Shown in pieces: positions 47,024 through 56,870 of a DNA stretch of 64,000 nt. The notes beneath the pieces were generated by a model. That model ran no database searches and was not told the origin of the DNA. It saw nothing but the letters and a program-made list of their open reading frames with translations. Location: positions 13,585 to 77,584 of the forward strand of contig CACGGX010000002.1 of the NCBI GenBank assembly GCA_902572735.1. The letters are read 5' to 3'. The stretch comes from an uncultured Alphaproteobacteria bacterium. GTDB lineage: Bacteria > Pseudomonadota > Alphaproteobacteria > HIMB59 > GCA-002718135. A program made the position numbers and the translations under genes. Positions within the stretch are counted from its first letter, which is position 1, and the number at the start of each line of letters is the position of its first letter.

Positions 47024-48245
47024 TAATTTTAATATAATTATTTAAATAATTGTACTTTTCTAAAAAACTACCATCTGTTGTTATTGTTCCATTTAATATT
47101 CTTCCATCATCTTCTTTTAATAAAAAAGGAAGAACTTCGTTAATTATACCTTCACTAAATTCTGTACTTGAATCCCGTGGTAATTCAGATGGTAAATTAT
47201 CAACTGCCATAACAGCAATCCCATCATTATTTTTGTCTATTTCTTTTAAACTATTTCTTTCAATCCAATAATTTGGTTTCTCAATGGTTGTTGATCGTAT
47301 TGTAGTTGGGACAGAACCGTTAATATCACAAGTAATATCGCCAACAATTTTTAGATTTTGTAAATCTTTTAAGTCTTTACTCTCAAATATTTTTGGAGAA
47401 GATGGGTCCCAGTAATGTGCGCTTATAAGTACATTAGTTTCTTTTAAATATTGTAATGCAGAACTCGAATAATCTTGAGGATTATTAATAAAATGCTCAA
47501 GGCTAAAATTAGTGGAAGAATTATTTGTAACATAATCTTTAGTTTCCAAATTACAAAAAATAGGTTGATCAAATTTTTTTTCCAAAAAGTCTTTTTTTGA
47601 TACTGCTTTAATGTTTGTTTGATTCAAAAGTTCAATTACTCCTTTCGCAACTCTGCCATCACCAGTAACTAGAATTTTAGTTTTAGGAAAATATAAATTT
47701 TTTAAATTTAATACTAATCTTTCGTAATCATTGATTTTGTAGGCACTAGCAAGAGATTGTTTTTCAAGAACTTTAAGTAATAAATTTAATGTATTATAAC
47801 ACCCAACGATACCTGCAAATCTTCCAAAACCTAAACACCTAGTACCATTTCTACCTCTGATATTTTCATAATCAATCAATGTAATTTTTTTATTTAAAAT
47901 TGATAAGAGTAAGTCTTTTTTATTTTTTTCAATATTTTTTTGTTGTTTATTAATTTTAAAGGTGTGAGAAAAAAAAAGATATGTCCTATTATTAATTAAA
48001 ATATTTGGATCAATTTCTTTAACTCCGAATATGATTGAGCATTCATTTAAATTTTCATTAATTTTAGCACCACATAATTCATATTCTTCATCAGAAAAAC
48101 ATCTACTATTTGATGACTGAATAATGAAATTAATATTCGGATTGCTTTCTTTGTATTTTTTAATATGCTCTGGGACTAGAGGAGTTCTATTTTCATCATT
48201 CCTAGACTCTCTAACAATACCAATATTGGTTAATTGATTATCCAT
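47016..48245 (-). CDS. Lysine-ketoglutarate reductase-like (saccharopine dehydrogenase, L-lysine-forming; AlaDH/PNT fold)
   Basis: RESRNDENRTPLVPEHIKK, RTYLFFSHTFK and ITLIDYE parallel the LKR half of eukaryotic AASS. Confidence 0.7.
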   Translation of the reverse strand: MDNQLTNIGIVRESRNDENRTPLVPEHIKKYKESNPNINFIIQSSNSRCFSDEEYELCGAKINENLNECSIIFGVKEIDPNILINNRTYLFFSHTFKINKQQKNIEKNKKDLLLSILNKKITLIDYENIRGRNGTRCLGFGRFAGIVGCYNTLNLLLKVLEKQSLASAYKINDYERLVLNLKNLYFPKTKILVTGDGRVAKGVIELLNQTNIKAVSKKDFLEKKFDQPIFCNLETKDYVTNNSSTNFSLEHFINNPQDYSSSALQYLKETNVLISAHYWDPSSPKIFESKDLKDLQNLKIVGDITCDINGSVPTTIRSTTIEKPNYWIERNSLKEIDKNNDGIAVMAVDNLPSELPRDSSTEFSEGIINEVLPFLLKEDDGRILNGTITTDGSFLEKYNYLNNYIKINE

Positions 48246-49365
48246 TCTCTTGTTGGATATTAATTTTATAATCTTTTAAAATTTTAAAAAAATACATTAT
48301 GTCTTCTGTTTTATGTGGTGCAGTTTTAACACCAGACTCAATTTTATTATCCATAATTAGATCAATCGCAGCTGATAAAGTAATCGATACAAGTTTGCCC
48401 ATTGCAGTATTTTCACCACTTCCTTTTTCATCTAGAAAATAAGAACTATCGAAAATTTTATTATCATTTTCAAAAGCTTTAAGTTTTACAGAAAGTACAA
48501 CGCGATCTTCTTCCTCAGGTAAATATTTATTATCTTTTAATAATTCTTCACTTTTTTCATTAATTTCAGCTTCAATATTATTAGATTTATTTTCAAGCAT
48601 TGAAAAAATATCTTGCCATGCTTCTTTCCAACCATCAAGTCGCAAAGTTCCTCTTACGAACTCTTTTACTTTCCATTTCTCATCAAACAAGTATTCACTT
48701 ACATAGGGTGTTGAATCTCTGTTTGGATAAGCTTCAAAATTTTCACCAGATATTGAATAAGGACTAATAGATTTGTATGGAGTTACAGTATTTATTTTAC
48801 CTTTTGTTATATATTTTGCATCATTGTTTAAGGCTTTAATTACTCCAGCTGGAGACCAACTAAATTTATATTTGAAATCATTTGGAATTGCTGGAAAACC
48901 CCCACAATATGATTCATAAACCACTTCTGTTTTTTCAGTCGAGATTTTTTTAAGATCACTGACAAGTAAATGAGAAAAAAAATGATCTATACCTGGGTCT
49001 AAACCGACCTCATTGATAAATACTAAATTTTCTTTTTTTACATCTGAATTTAGCATATTTATTTCAGGATTAAGGTAACTAGTAGATGCAAAATGACATT
49101 TATGTTTTAAACAAAGTTTAGCTATTTCTAAATGTTTGTTTGCTGGTAGTTGAGAAATCACAATATCACCTGGATTTGTTTCGTTAAATAATAAATCAAC
49201 ATCAAACTGTTTTGCGTTCACATTGTTTTTATCTACATGGTCAATACTCTTTATAGCTTTATCTAATGTTCTATTCCATACTGTAAAATTATCTAAATTT
49301 TTAGCTAATCTTCTAATTCCTGGTATAGAAGAAAGTCCAGTTCCTATCCAATGTACATGTTTCAT
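48238..49365 (-). CDS. Saccharopine dehydrogenase (L-glutamate-forming, Sacchrp_dh_NADP/_C)
   Basis: GLDPGIDH, SYCGGFPA, YKFSWSPAGV, YPNRDS and RGTLR parallel the SDH half of AASS. Confidence 0.8.
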   Translation of the reverse strand: MKHVHWIGTGLSSIPGIRRLAKNLDNFTVWNRTLDKAIKSIDHVDKNNVNAKQFDVDLLFNETNPGDIVISQLPANKHLEIAKLCLKHKCHFASTSYLNPEINMLNSDVKKENLVFINEVGLDPGIDHFFSHLLVSDLKKISTEKTEVVYESYCGGFPAIPNDFKYKFSWSPAGVIKALNNDAKYITKGKINTVTPYKSISPYSISGENFEAYPNRDSTPYVSEYLFDEKWKVKEFVRGTLRLDGWKEAWQDIFSMLENKSNNIEAEINEKSEELLKDNKYLPEEEDRVVLSVKLKAFENDNKIFDSSYFLDEKGSGENTAMGKLVSITLSAAIDLIMDNKIESGVKTAPHKTEDIMYFFKILKDYKINIQQENG

Positions 49366-49430
49366 AGTCTTATTTACTTTTATATTAAATTGTTTACTAC
49401 ATTAATGAAACTTAAAATACGGAAATTTAT

Positions 49431-50240
49431 TTGACTTCAATAATATTTATTTTTTTATTAACAGGTCTAGTCTCTGGTTTTATTGCAGGATTATTAGGAG
49501 TTGGGGGTGGAATAATAATTGTACCTGTAACTTACTTTATTTTACTTAATCTTGGTTATAGCTCTGAAATTGTGATGCATGTTGCTGTAGCATCTTCTCT
49601 TGGTGTAATTTGTTTTACTTCAATTTCTTCCATAAGATCCCATGTTAAGCTTAAAAATACAAATTTAATAATTGTAAAAAAATGGGCAATAGGAATAATA
49701 ACAGGATCAATTGCAGGTTCAATTGCAGCAAGCTCTATTTCAGGGCAGAGTTTAGTAATTCTTTTTGTAATACTAGCATTTTTGATTTCATTAAATATGC
49801 TATTTCAACAAAGCCCAATAATTGTAAGTAACGATATACCATCATCTAACATAATTAACTTTGCAATAAGCTCTTCTATTGGTTTTTTATCTTCAACAAT
49901 TGGTATAGGTGGTGGTAGTTTTAGTGTTCCAACTTTAACAATGTTTTCAAAAAAGATTCATGAAGCAGTTGGAACCTCTGCTGTTTTTGGTTTTTTAATC
50001 GCTTTTCCAGGAACACTTACATTTATGTATACTGGGTCAAATATAAATGAACTTCCCATTTATTCTCTTGGTTACGTAAATATTATAATAGTTTTTTTTA
50101 TATCTCTAACGAGTATATTTACTGCTGGAATTGGTGCAAAAGTTTCATCAAATATAGATAAGTTAGTATTAAGAAAGATTTTTGCTATTTTTTTGTTGTT
50201 AACTTGTGCTAGTCTAATTATTGAACATTTTATAATTTAA
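49431..50240 (+). CDS. TauE/SafE-family anion (sulfite/organosulfonate) exporter
   Basis: The 269-aa product (TTG start) has GLLGVGGGIIIVP and a second GIGGGSFSVP repeat. Confidence 0.75.
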   Translation: MTSIIFIFLLTGLVSGFIAGLLGVGGGIIIVPVTYFILLNLGYSSEIVMHVAVASSLGVICFTSISSIRSHVKLKNTNLIIVKKWAIGIITGSIAGSIAASSISGQSLVILFVILAFLISLNMLFQQSPIIVSNDIPSSNIINFAISSSIGFLSSTIGIGGGSFSVPTLTMFSKKIHEAVGTSAVFGFLIAFPGTLTFMYTGSNINELPIYSLGYVNIIIVFFISLTSIFTAGIGAKVSSNIDKLVLRKIFAIFLLLTCASLIIEHFII

Positions 50241-51443
50241 ATGAATTTTGTTGCAGATAGACTAAGTAAAATAAAACCTTCAATGACCGTAGGTATAAAT
50301 GTCAAAGCCAAAGCTTTGAAGGACGAGGGTAAGGATGTAATTGTTCTTGCAGCAGGTGAACCAGATTTTAACACACCAAAAAATATAAGAGATGCTGCTA
50401 GTAAAGCGATGGAAGAGGGTAAAACAAAATATGTACCAGGTAAAGGTACACCAGAATTACAAAAGGCAATTCAGAAAAAATTTAGAGAAGATAATAATAT
50501 AGAATATCAATTAGATGAAATCATATGTGGTGTTGGAGGAAAACACATTATCTATAATGCTATGATGGCAACAATTAATCCAGGAGATGAGGTCATTATA
50601 ACAGCTCCTTTTTGGGTTAGTTATCCAGATATTGTTTTATTAGCAGAAGGGACCCCTGTGATAGTTGAGTGCCCTCAATCACAAAATTTTAAAATTACAC
50701 CAGAACAATTAGAAAAAAATATAAACTCTAAAACAAAATGGTTAATGTTGAATAGTCCTAGTAATCCAACCGGATCAGTTTATTCAAAAAAAGAGCTAGA
50801 AGACTTAGCACTCATCTTAAAAAAGTATCCTAATGTTCTTATAATGTGTGATGATATATACGAAAAAATTGTTTACGATAGAGTAGAGTTTCACACTCTT
50901 GCTTCAATTGAACCTTCACTGAAAGATAGATGTTTGACACTAAACGGTGTTTCAAAATCATATTGCATGACAGGATGGAGACTTGGATATTGTGGAGCTC
51001 CAAAAGAGATTATTGCTGCTATGAACAAAATACAATCGCAAAGCACAACATCAACTTCTTCAATCACAATGGCAGCTGCAGTTGAAGCTATTAGTGGTCC
51101 GCAGGATTTTATATACGAGCATAATAAAAAATTTTTAAAACGCAGAGATCTAGTATTGAACAAATTAAATGATATTGATGGAATTACATGTCAAAAACCA
51201 GAAGGAGCTTTCTACGTTTATCCAAATTGTGAGGGTATAATTGGAAAAAAGACACCAAATGGAAAACATATCTCCAATGATGAAGATTTCATGACGTATC
51301 TTTTAGAAGATCAAGGTGTAGCAGGAGTTCATGGTGCAGCATTTGGGTTATCGCCTTATTTTAGATTATCTTATGCAACTAGTGATGCAATTCTAGAAGA
51401 TGCCTGCAACAGAATAAAAGAAGCTTGTAATAAGCTTACTTAA
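50241..51443 (+). CDS. Aspartate aminotransferase (class I)
   Basis: The product is 400 aa. The PLP-Lys region is NGVSKSYCMTGWRLGY, and GEPDF and NSPSNPTG are also present. Confidence 0.85.
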   Translation: MNFVADRLSKIKPSMTVGINVKAKALKDEGKDVIVLAAGEPDFNTPKNIRDAASKAMEEGKTKYVPGKGTPELQKAIQKKFREDNNIEYQLDEIICGVGGKHIIYNAMMATINPGDEVIITAPFWVSYPDIVLLAEGTPVIVECPQSQNFKITPEQLEKNINSKTKWLMLNSPSNPTGSVYSKKELEDLALILKKYPNVLIMCDDIYEKIVYDRVEFHTLASIEPSLKDRCLTLNGVSKSYCMTGWRLGYCGAPKEIIAAMNKIQSQSTTSTSSITMAAAVEAISGPQDFIYEHNKKFLKRRDLVLNKLNDIDGITCQKPEGAFYVYPNCEGIIGKKTPNGKHISNDEDFMTYLLEDQGVAGVHGAAFGLSPYFRLSYATSDAILEDACNRIKEACNKLT

Positions 51444-52872
51444 GATCTTTATCAGCAATTATTTCAGCTAATCTCAGTAGATTAGTTGTGCCAGCACTTC
51501 CAAATGGAACACCAGCCGAAATAACCACATTATCTCCTGGTTTTACTAATTTTTTATTTTTAGCAATTGAACATGCAATATTAACCATATCTTGTGCATT
51601 TTGAGCATCTTCTTGTGTATGGCAGGAGTTTACTCCCCAATATAATTGCATTTTTCTTGTAGTGTTAATATTTGGAGATAAACCAACAATTTGAACAGGT
51701 GCTCTTTCCCTAGCCATTCTAGTTGTTGTTCTTCCACTTACAGAAAATGTAATTATTGCTTTTGCATCAGATTTTTTTGCAATTGAGTAAGCTGCTAAAG
51801 TTATTGCATCTGTATTATCAACATCATCAACATTTTCTTGTATAATTCGTAAGTCGTAATTATTTTTATCATTTTCAACATTTTCTATTATTTTATTCAT
51901 AGTTCTTACTACTTCTAATGGATGAGCTCCAACGGCAGATTCACCAGATAACATTACAGCATCTGTTCCGTCATAAATAGCATTAGCAACATCAGATGCT
52001 TCTGCTCTAGTTGGCACAAGATTTTCAATCATACTTTCAAGCATTTGTGTAGCAACGACAACTGGTTTTCCAAAGTGCCTACATCTTTTTATAATATTTT
52101 TTTGAACTATAGGAACTTGTTCTGTTGGCATTTCAACACCCAAATCACCTCTAGCTATCATAATACCATCTGCAGCATTTATAATATCATCAATATTTTT
52201 TACGGCTGAAGGTTTTTCAATTTTTGCCATTACGAGTGCTTTATTTTTAGTTATTTTTTTTAGTTTGTGAATATCCTCTGCTTGTTGTACGAAAGAAAGT
52301 GCAACCCAATCAACTCCCATATCTAAAGCTTTCATAAGATCAGATTTATCTTTTTTGGTAAGTGCGTCTATAGGAAGAATTACATCAGGTATATTGACAC
52401 CTTTATTATTTGAGATTTCAGCATCATTTAAAACTTCTGTAATTAAACTATCTTTTTTTTGTTCAACAACCTGTAATCTAATCCTTCCATCATTTACTAA
52501 TAAAATAGAATTAGGTGTTAAATAATCATAAATTTCTTCATGGGGAAAGTTAACCCTATTATTATCTCCAGGTTCAGTTGAAAGATCTAGTACAAAATTT
52601 TGACCTTTAACTAAATTTTCTTTTGTATTCTTAAATATACCCACTCTTAACTTGGGTCCTTGTAAGTCTGCTAATATGCATGATGCATGATTATGTTTTT
52701 CTTCAAGAGATCTAATAGTTTCATAATTTTTTCTATGAGTTTCTAAATTACCATGTGAAAAATTTAATCTAAAAACATCGCATCCAGCCACAAACAAATC
52801 TTCTATTATTTTTTTATCCGATGATGCAGGACCTAGTGTAGCTAAAATTTTAGCTTTTCTGTTACGTTTCAT
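51436..52872 (-). CDS. pyk: Pyruvate kinase
   Basis: KILATLGPAS, FRLNFSHG, IMIARGDLGVE and MLSGESA are classic PK blocks. The product is 478 aa. Confidence 0.9.
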   Translation of the reverse strand: MKRNRKAKILATLGPASSDKKIIEDLFVAGCDVFRLNFSHGNLETHRKNYETIRSLEEKHNHASCILADLQGPKLRVGIFKNTKENLVKGQNFVLDLSTEPGDNNRVNFPHEEIYDYLTPNSILLVNDGRIRLQVVEQKKDSLITEVLNDAEISNNKGVNIPDVILPIDALTKKDKSDLMKALDMGVDWVALSFVQQAEDIHKLKKITKNKALVMAKIEKPSAVKNIDDIINAADGIMIARGDLGVEMPTEQVPIVQKNIIKRCRHFGKPVVVATQMLESMIENLVPTRAEASDVANAIYDGTDAVMLSGESAVGAHPLEVVRTMNKIIENVENDKNNYDLRIIQENVDDVDNTDAITLAAYSIAKKSDAKAIITFSVSGRTTTRMARERAPVQIVGLSPNINTTRKMQLYWGVNSCHTQEDAQNAQDMVNIACSIAKNKKLVKPGDNVVISAGVPFGSAGTTNLLRLAEIIADKDLK

Positions 52873-52925
52873 TAATTATTATATATATAACACAAAAAAA
52901 GATTTATATAATTTATTTACGTAAT

Positions 52926-53216
52926 ATGACCAAAAACTTTGATAGAGATTTACTTGCCGATGTTGCAGAAAGATTGATTCATCATCTAAAAAATAGAACA
53001 GATGTACAAAATATTGATTTAATGAATTTGTCTGGTTTTTGCAGAAACTGTCTTTCAAAATGGTATGTAAGTGCTGCAGAGAAGAAAAATATTTCTATTT
53101 CATACGATGAAGCTCGAGAAATGATTTATGGAATGCCATACTCAGAGTGGAAAACAAAATTTCAAAAAGAAATCACACCCGAACAAAAAGAAAAGTTTGA
53201 TAAAGGAAAAACTTAA
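52926..53216 (+). CDS. DUF1244 family protein
   Basis: The 96-aa product contains NLSGFCRNCLSKWY, which resembles the conserved DUF1244 core. Confidence 0.55.
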   Translation: MTKNFDRDLLADVAERLIHHLKNRTDVQNIDLMNLSGFCRNCLSKWYVSAAEKKNISISYDEAREMIYGMPYSEWKTKFQKEITPEQKEKFDKGKT

Positions 53217-55015
53217 TATAGTTTTTCTAAATTCTCTCCATACATCTCTTTTACTTTAAACCTTCTTACTTTCATGGAAGGAGTCATCATATTGTTTTCA
53301 ATTGTAAACTCGTGATCAATGAGAATAAATTTTCTTATTTGTTCAATACTAGAAAGGCTTTTATTGACTTTGTCTACAACTTCTTTCATTTTTTTATTAA
53401 ATAAAGAATCTTGAATTATTTTTTTTAAATTACCCTCAACATTATTTTCTTTTGCCCATTCTAAAGCTAAATCTTTATTAGGCACCAAGATAGCAACAAG
53501 GTAATTTTTGAAATCTCCATATAACATTGATTGAGCAATTTCAGGTTCAATATCTAATTTTGCCTCTATTCTTGAAGGAGAAATATTATCTCCACCAGCA
53601 TTTACAATAATATCTTTTTTCCTATCCGTTATCTTTAAATAGCCTTCTTCATCAAATTCACCAATATCACCTGTATGAACCCATCCATCAATTATAGTTT
53701 TATTAGTTGACTCAGGATCATTCCAATAACCATTCATAATTAGTTCACCACGAGCTAAAATTTCTCCATCTTCAGAAATTTTCACTTCATTGCCTTCTAA
53801 GACCTTACCAACAGTATCTAGTTTAATCTTTTCAGGTGGATTAGCTGAAATTACAGGAGCAGTTTCTGTTTGACCATAACCTTGAAGAAGAGGAAGACCA
53901 AGTGCACTAAGATATAGTCCAACTTCAAAATTTAGTGCTGCGCCTCCTGATATCAATGCTCTGAGACTTCCACCAAATCTTTTCTTAACTTTTTTTCTCA
54001 CTATCCTATCCATCAATCCATTCATAAGTCTTTCAGTAAAGCTCATCTGTTCACCAAAATATTTTTTCTTTCCTAGATTTAATGTAATTGCAAAGAAGCC
54101 TTGACTTAATTTACTTTGGTTTTTTAGACCCTGTGAAATACGTGTGTGTAAAGAGTCATAAAACCTTGGAACAGCTGTCATAAAATGTGGTGCTGCCTCA
54201 GCCATATTTACTAACAATTTATCTATACTTTCAGCGTAATAGATTTGTGCGCCTTGCCCCATTTCTAAAAATTGTAAAGTATGCTCATATGAATGAGATA
54301 AAGGTAACCATGATAAATATCTAATTTCTTTTGTTAAATCACTAGTAAGACTCTCAAGTAATTTATCACAGGAAGCACAGTTTCTTAGCATAGCTCCATG
54401 ACTTAACATCACTCCCTTAGGATTACCTCCAGTACCTGATGTATAAATAATACATGCTGTATCTTTTCTTTTAAAATTTTTTGTTAACTCTTCTATTTTA
54501 TTAGAATTTTTACTTTTTTCTAAATTGTCATTTATAATTTTATTGTATGATAAAATATTTACAACTTCGGTATAAGTTTCATTATCATCATTAATTTTTA
54601 TTACATTTTGACAATGTGAAATTTTTTCTATTGCAGGTAGAACTTTTTTCATTAACTCGTGTGATGATACGATGGCACATCTAGCACCAGAATGCTCAAT
54701 GATATATTTATAGTCATTAGTTGTGCTTGTTGTATAAGCAGGCACTGAAATTGCTCCGATTGACATTATTGCTAAATCAGTGATTTGCCATTCAGGTCTA
54801 TTTTCAGATAAAATTAATACTCTATCTCCTTCTAAAATACCCAGATCTTTTAAGTATGTTGCTAAACTTTCGACTTGTTCTTTTACTTGTGACCAACTTA
54901 AAGAAACATATTTATCATTCTCTTTCTTCCATAAATATGGTTGATCTTTTAAATTATTTGCTTGATGATAAAATATACCCGGTATGCTATTAAACTCGTC
55001 AAAATTAACAATCAT
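53213..55015 (-). CDS. Long-chain fatty acid--CoA ligase (AMP-binding family)
   Basis: The AMP motif IIYTSGTGGNPKGVMLSH is present, along with YGQTE, GWVHTGD and a 600-aa length. Confidence 0.85.
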   Translation of the reverse strand: MIVNFDEFNSIPGIFYHQANNLKDQPYLWKKENDKYVSLSWSQVKEQVESLATYLKDLGILEGDRVLILSENRPEWQITDLAIMSIGAISVPAYTTSTTNDYKYIIEHSGARCAIVSSHELMKKVLPAIEKISHCQNVIKINDDNETYTEVVNILSYNKIINDNLEKSKNSNKIEELTKNFKRKDTACIIYTSGTGGNPKGVMLSHGAMLRNCASCDKLLESLTSDLTKEIRYLSWLPLSHSYEHTLQFLEMGQGAQIYYAESIDKLLVNMAEAAPHFMTAVPRFYDSLHTRISQGLKNQSKLSQGFFAITLNLGKKKYFGEQMSFTERLMNGLMDRIVRKKVKKRFGGSLRALISGGAALNFEVGLYLSALGLPLLQGYGQTETAPVISANPPEKIKLDTVGKVLEGNEVKISEDGEILARGELIMNGYWNDPESTNKTIIDGWVHTGDIGEFDEEGYLKITDRKKDIIVNAGGDNISPSRIEAKLDIEPEIAQSMLYGDFKNYLVAILVPNKDLALEWAKENNVEGNLKKIIQDSLFNKKMKEVVDKVNKSLSSIEQIRKFILIDHEFTIENNMMTPSMKVRRFKVKEMYGENLEKLY

Positions 55016-55071
55016 GCTGTCTATCCTCCCTACAAAGCTTAGATATTAGACCTATATCGAAATAGTAAAAT

Positions 55072-56868
55072 ATGAAACAAAAAAATTATCAAATTTCAAC
55101 AAAAAATTCCCTTGGTAAACTACCAATTTGGAATTTAAAGGATTTGTATGAATCGCCAAAAGCGAAGAAGCTCAATAATGATTTAAATAAGCTCAGAATA
55201 TGGACTAAGAAATTTGAGAAAAAATATGCAACCAAAATAACCAAGATTAGTTCTAATCAACTTTTAAAAGCTATTATAGAGTTAGAGGATATTGATACAA
55301 AAATAGATAAAATTATGTCTTATGCACATTTATTAGTTGCAGAGGATGGTAACAATGAAAAGAATAAAATTTTTTATCAACAAATGCAGGAGCAAATAAC
55401 AAATATTGCCTCCTCAATTGTCTTCTTTAGTCTTGAAATTAATGAAATTTCTGAAAAAAATTTAAAAAAAATTTATGCTGATAAAAAACTAAAGATTTAT
55501 AAAAACTGGATAAAAAATATTCGAAAATTCAAACCTTATCAATTGGATGTTAAAACAGAAAAATTACTTCAGGAAAAAAGTATTACTTCTAGATCAGCCT
55601 GGGTTAGACTATTTGATGATACAATTGCCTCACTTAAATTCCCCTTTAAGGGAAAAAATTTATCTAGTGCTGAAATTTTTAATTTTCTTTCTGATAAAAA
55701 AGAAGCAAATCGTAAAAAATCAGCTGAGGTAGTATCTGCTGTTTTAAAAGATAACATTACTTTATTTGCATCTATTACTAATAATCTTGCAAAAGACAAA
55801 TCAATCAACGACAAATGGAGAGGATTGCCAAATCCAGTCAGTTCAAGAAATTTATCTAACGTTGTTGAAGATGAAGTTGTAGAAGCTTTAAGTGAAACAA
55901 TAATAGATAATTATCCAAAAATTGCTCATCGTTATTATAAAATAAAATCTAAATGGCTAAAAAAGAAATCTTTAATGTATTGGGACAGAAATGCACCTCT
56001 TCCTTTCCAATCACACAGTACTTATTCCTGGAAAGATGCAAGACAAATTGTAACTAATGCTTATTCAAATTTTGATAAGAGAGCAGGAAATATTGTAAAT
56101 AAATTTTTTGATAATTCATGGATACACGCTCCAGTAAAACCAGGAAAATCTCCTGGTGCGTTCGCCGCTTCTACTGTTCCATCAGTTCATCCATTCATAC
56201 TTGTTAATTATCAAGGCAAAGCAAGAGATATAGCTACTCTTGCACATGAACTAGGACACGGAATCCATCAATATTTAGCAGGACAAAAACAAACTTATTT
56301 TAATTCTTCAACTCCGTTAACTCTTGCTGAAACAGCAAGTGTTTTTGGGGAAATGTTAACTTTTAAATCTCTTTTATCTATTACGACAAAAGAAAATGAA
56401 CGTAAGGGACTTTTAGCAAATAAAGTCGAAGATATGCTTAACACTGTTGTAAGGCAGATTGCATTTTTTGAATTTGAAAAACGTATTCATCATCAAAGAA
56501 AAATTAAAGAATTAAGTGTTGATGAGATTTGTGAAATTTGGATTGATGTTCAAAAGAAAAGTTTAGGACCATCAATAAAATTTAATGATGATTACAAATA
56601 TTTTTGGAGCTACATACCCCATTTTATTCATTCACCATTTTATGTTTATGCATATGCTTTTGGTGATTGTCTTGTTAATTCTCTTTTTAGTGTTTACGAG
56701 AGCAAACTCCCTAAATTTGAAGACAAATACATTACTTTGTTAGAGAGCGGTGGTAGTGATACATATGATAAACTATTGAAGCCTTTTGGGTTAAATCCGA
56801 AGAACAAAGATTTTTGGCAAAAAGGAGTTAATGTTATTGAGAATTTGATTGACCAATTAGAAGAATAA
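55072..56868 (+). CDS. pepF: M3B oligoendopeptidase F
   Basis: The zinc motif HELGHGIH with a downstream E is present. The roughly 600-aa product has the PepF layout. Confidence 0.85.
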   Translation: MKQKNYQISTKNSLGKLPIWNLKDLYESPKAKKLNNDLNKLRIWTKKFEKKYATKITKISSNQLLKAIIELEDIDTKIDKIMSYAHLLVAEDGNNEKNKIFYQQMQEQITNIASSIVFFSLEINEISEKNLKKIYADKKLKIYKNWIKNIRKFKPYQLDVKTEKLLQEKSITSRSAWVRLFDDTIASLKFPFKGKNLSSAEIFNFLSDKKEANRKKSAEVVSAVLKDNITLFASITNNLAKDKSINDKWRGLPNPVSSRNLSNVVEDEVVEALSETIIDNYPKIAHRYYKIKSKWLKKKSLMYWDRNAPLPFQSHSTYSWKDARQIVTNAYSNFDKRAGNIVNKFFDNSWIHAPVKPGKSPGAFAASTVPSVHPFILVNYQGKARDIATLAHELGHGIHQYLAGQKQTYFNSSTPLTLAETASVFGEMLTFKSLLSITTKENERKGLLANKVEDMLNTVVRQIAFFEFEKRIHHQRKIKELSVDEICEIWIDVQKKSLGPSIKFNDDYKYFWSYIPHFIHSPFYVYAYAFGDCLVNSLFSVYESKLPKFEDKYITLLESGGSDTYDKLLKPFGLNPKNKDFWQKGVNVIENLIDQLEE

Positions 56869-56870
56869 AA

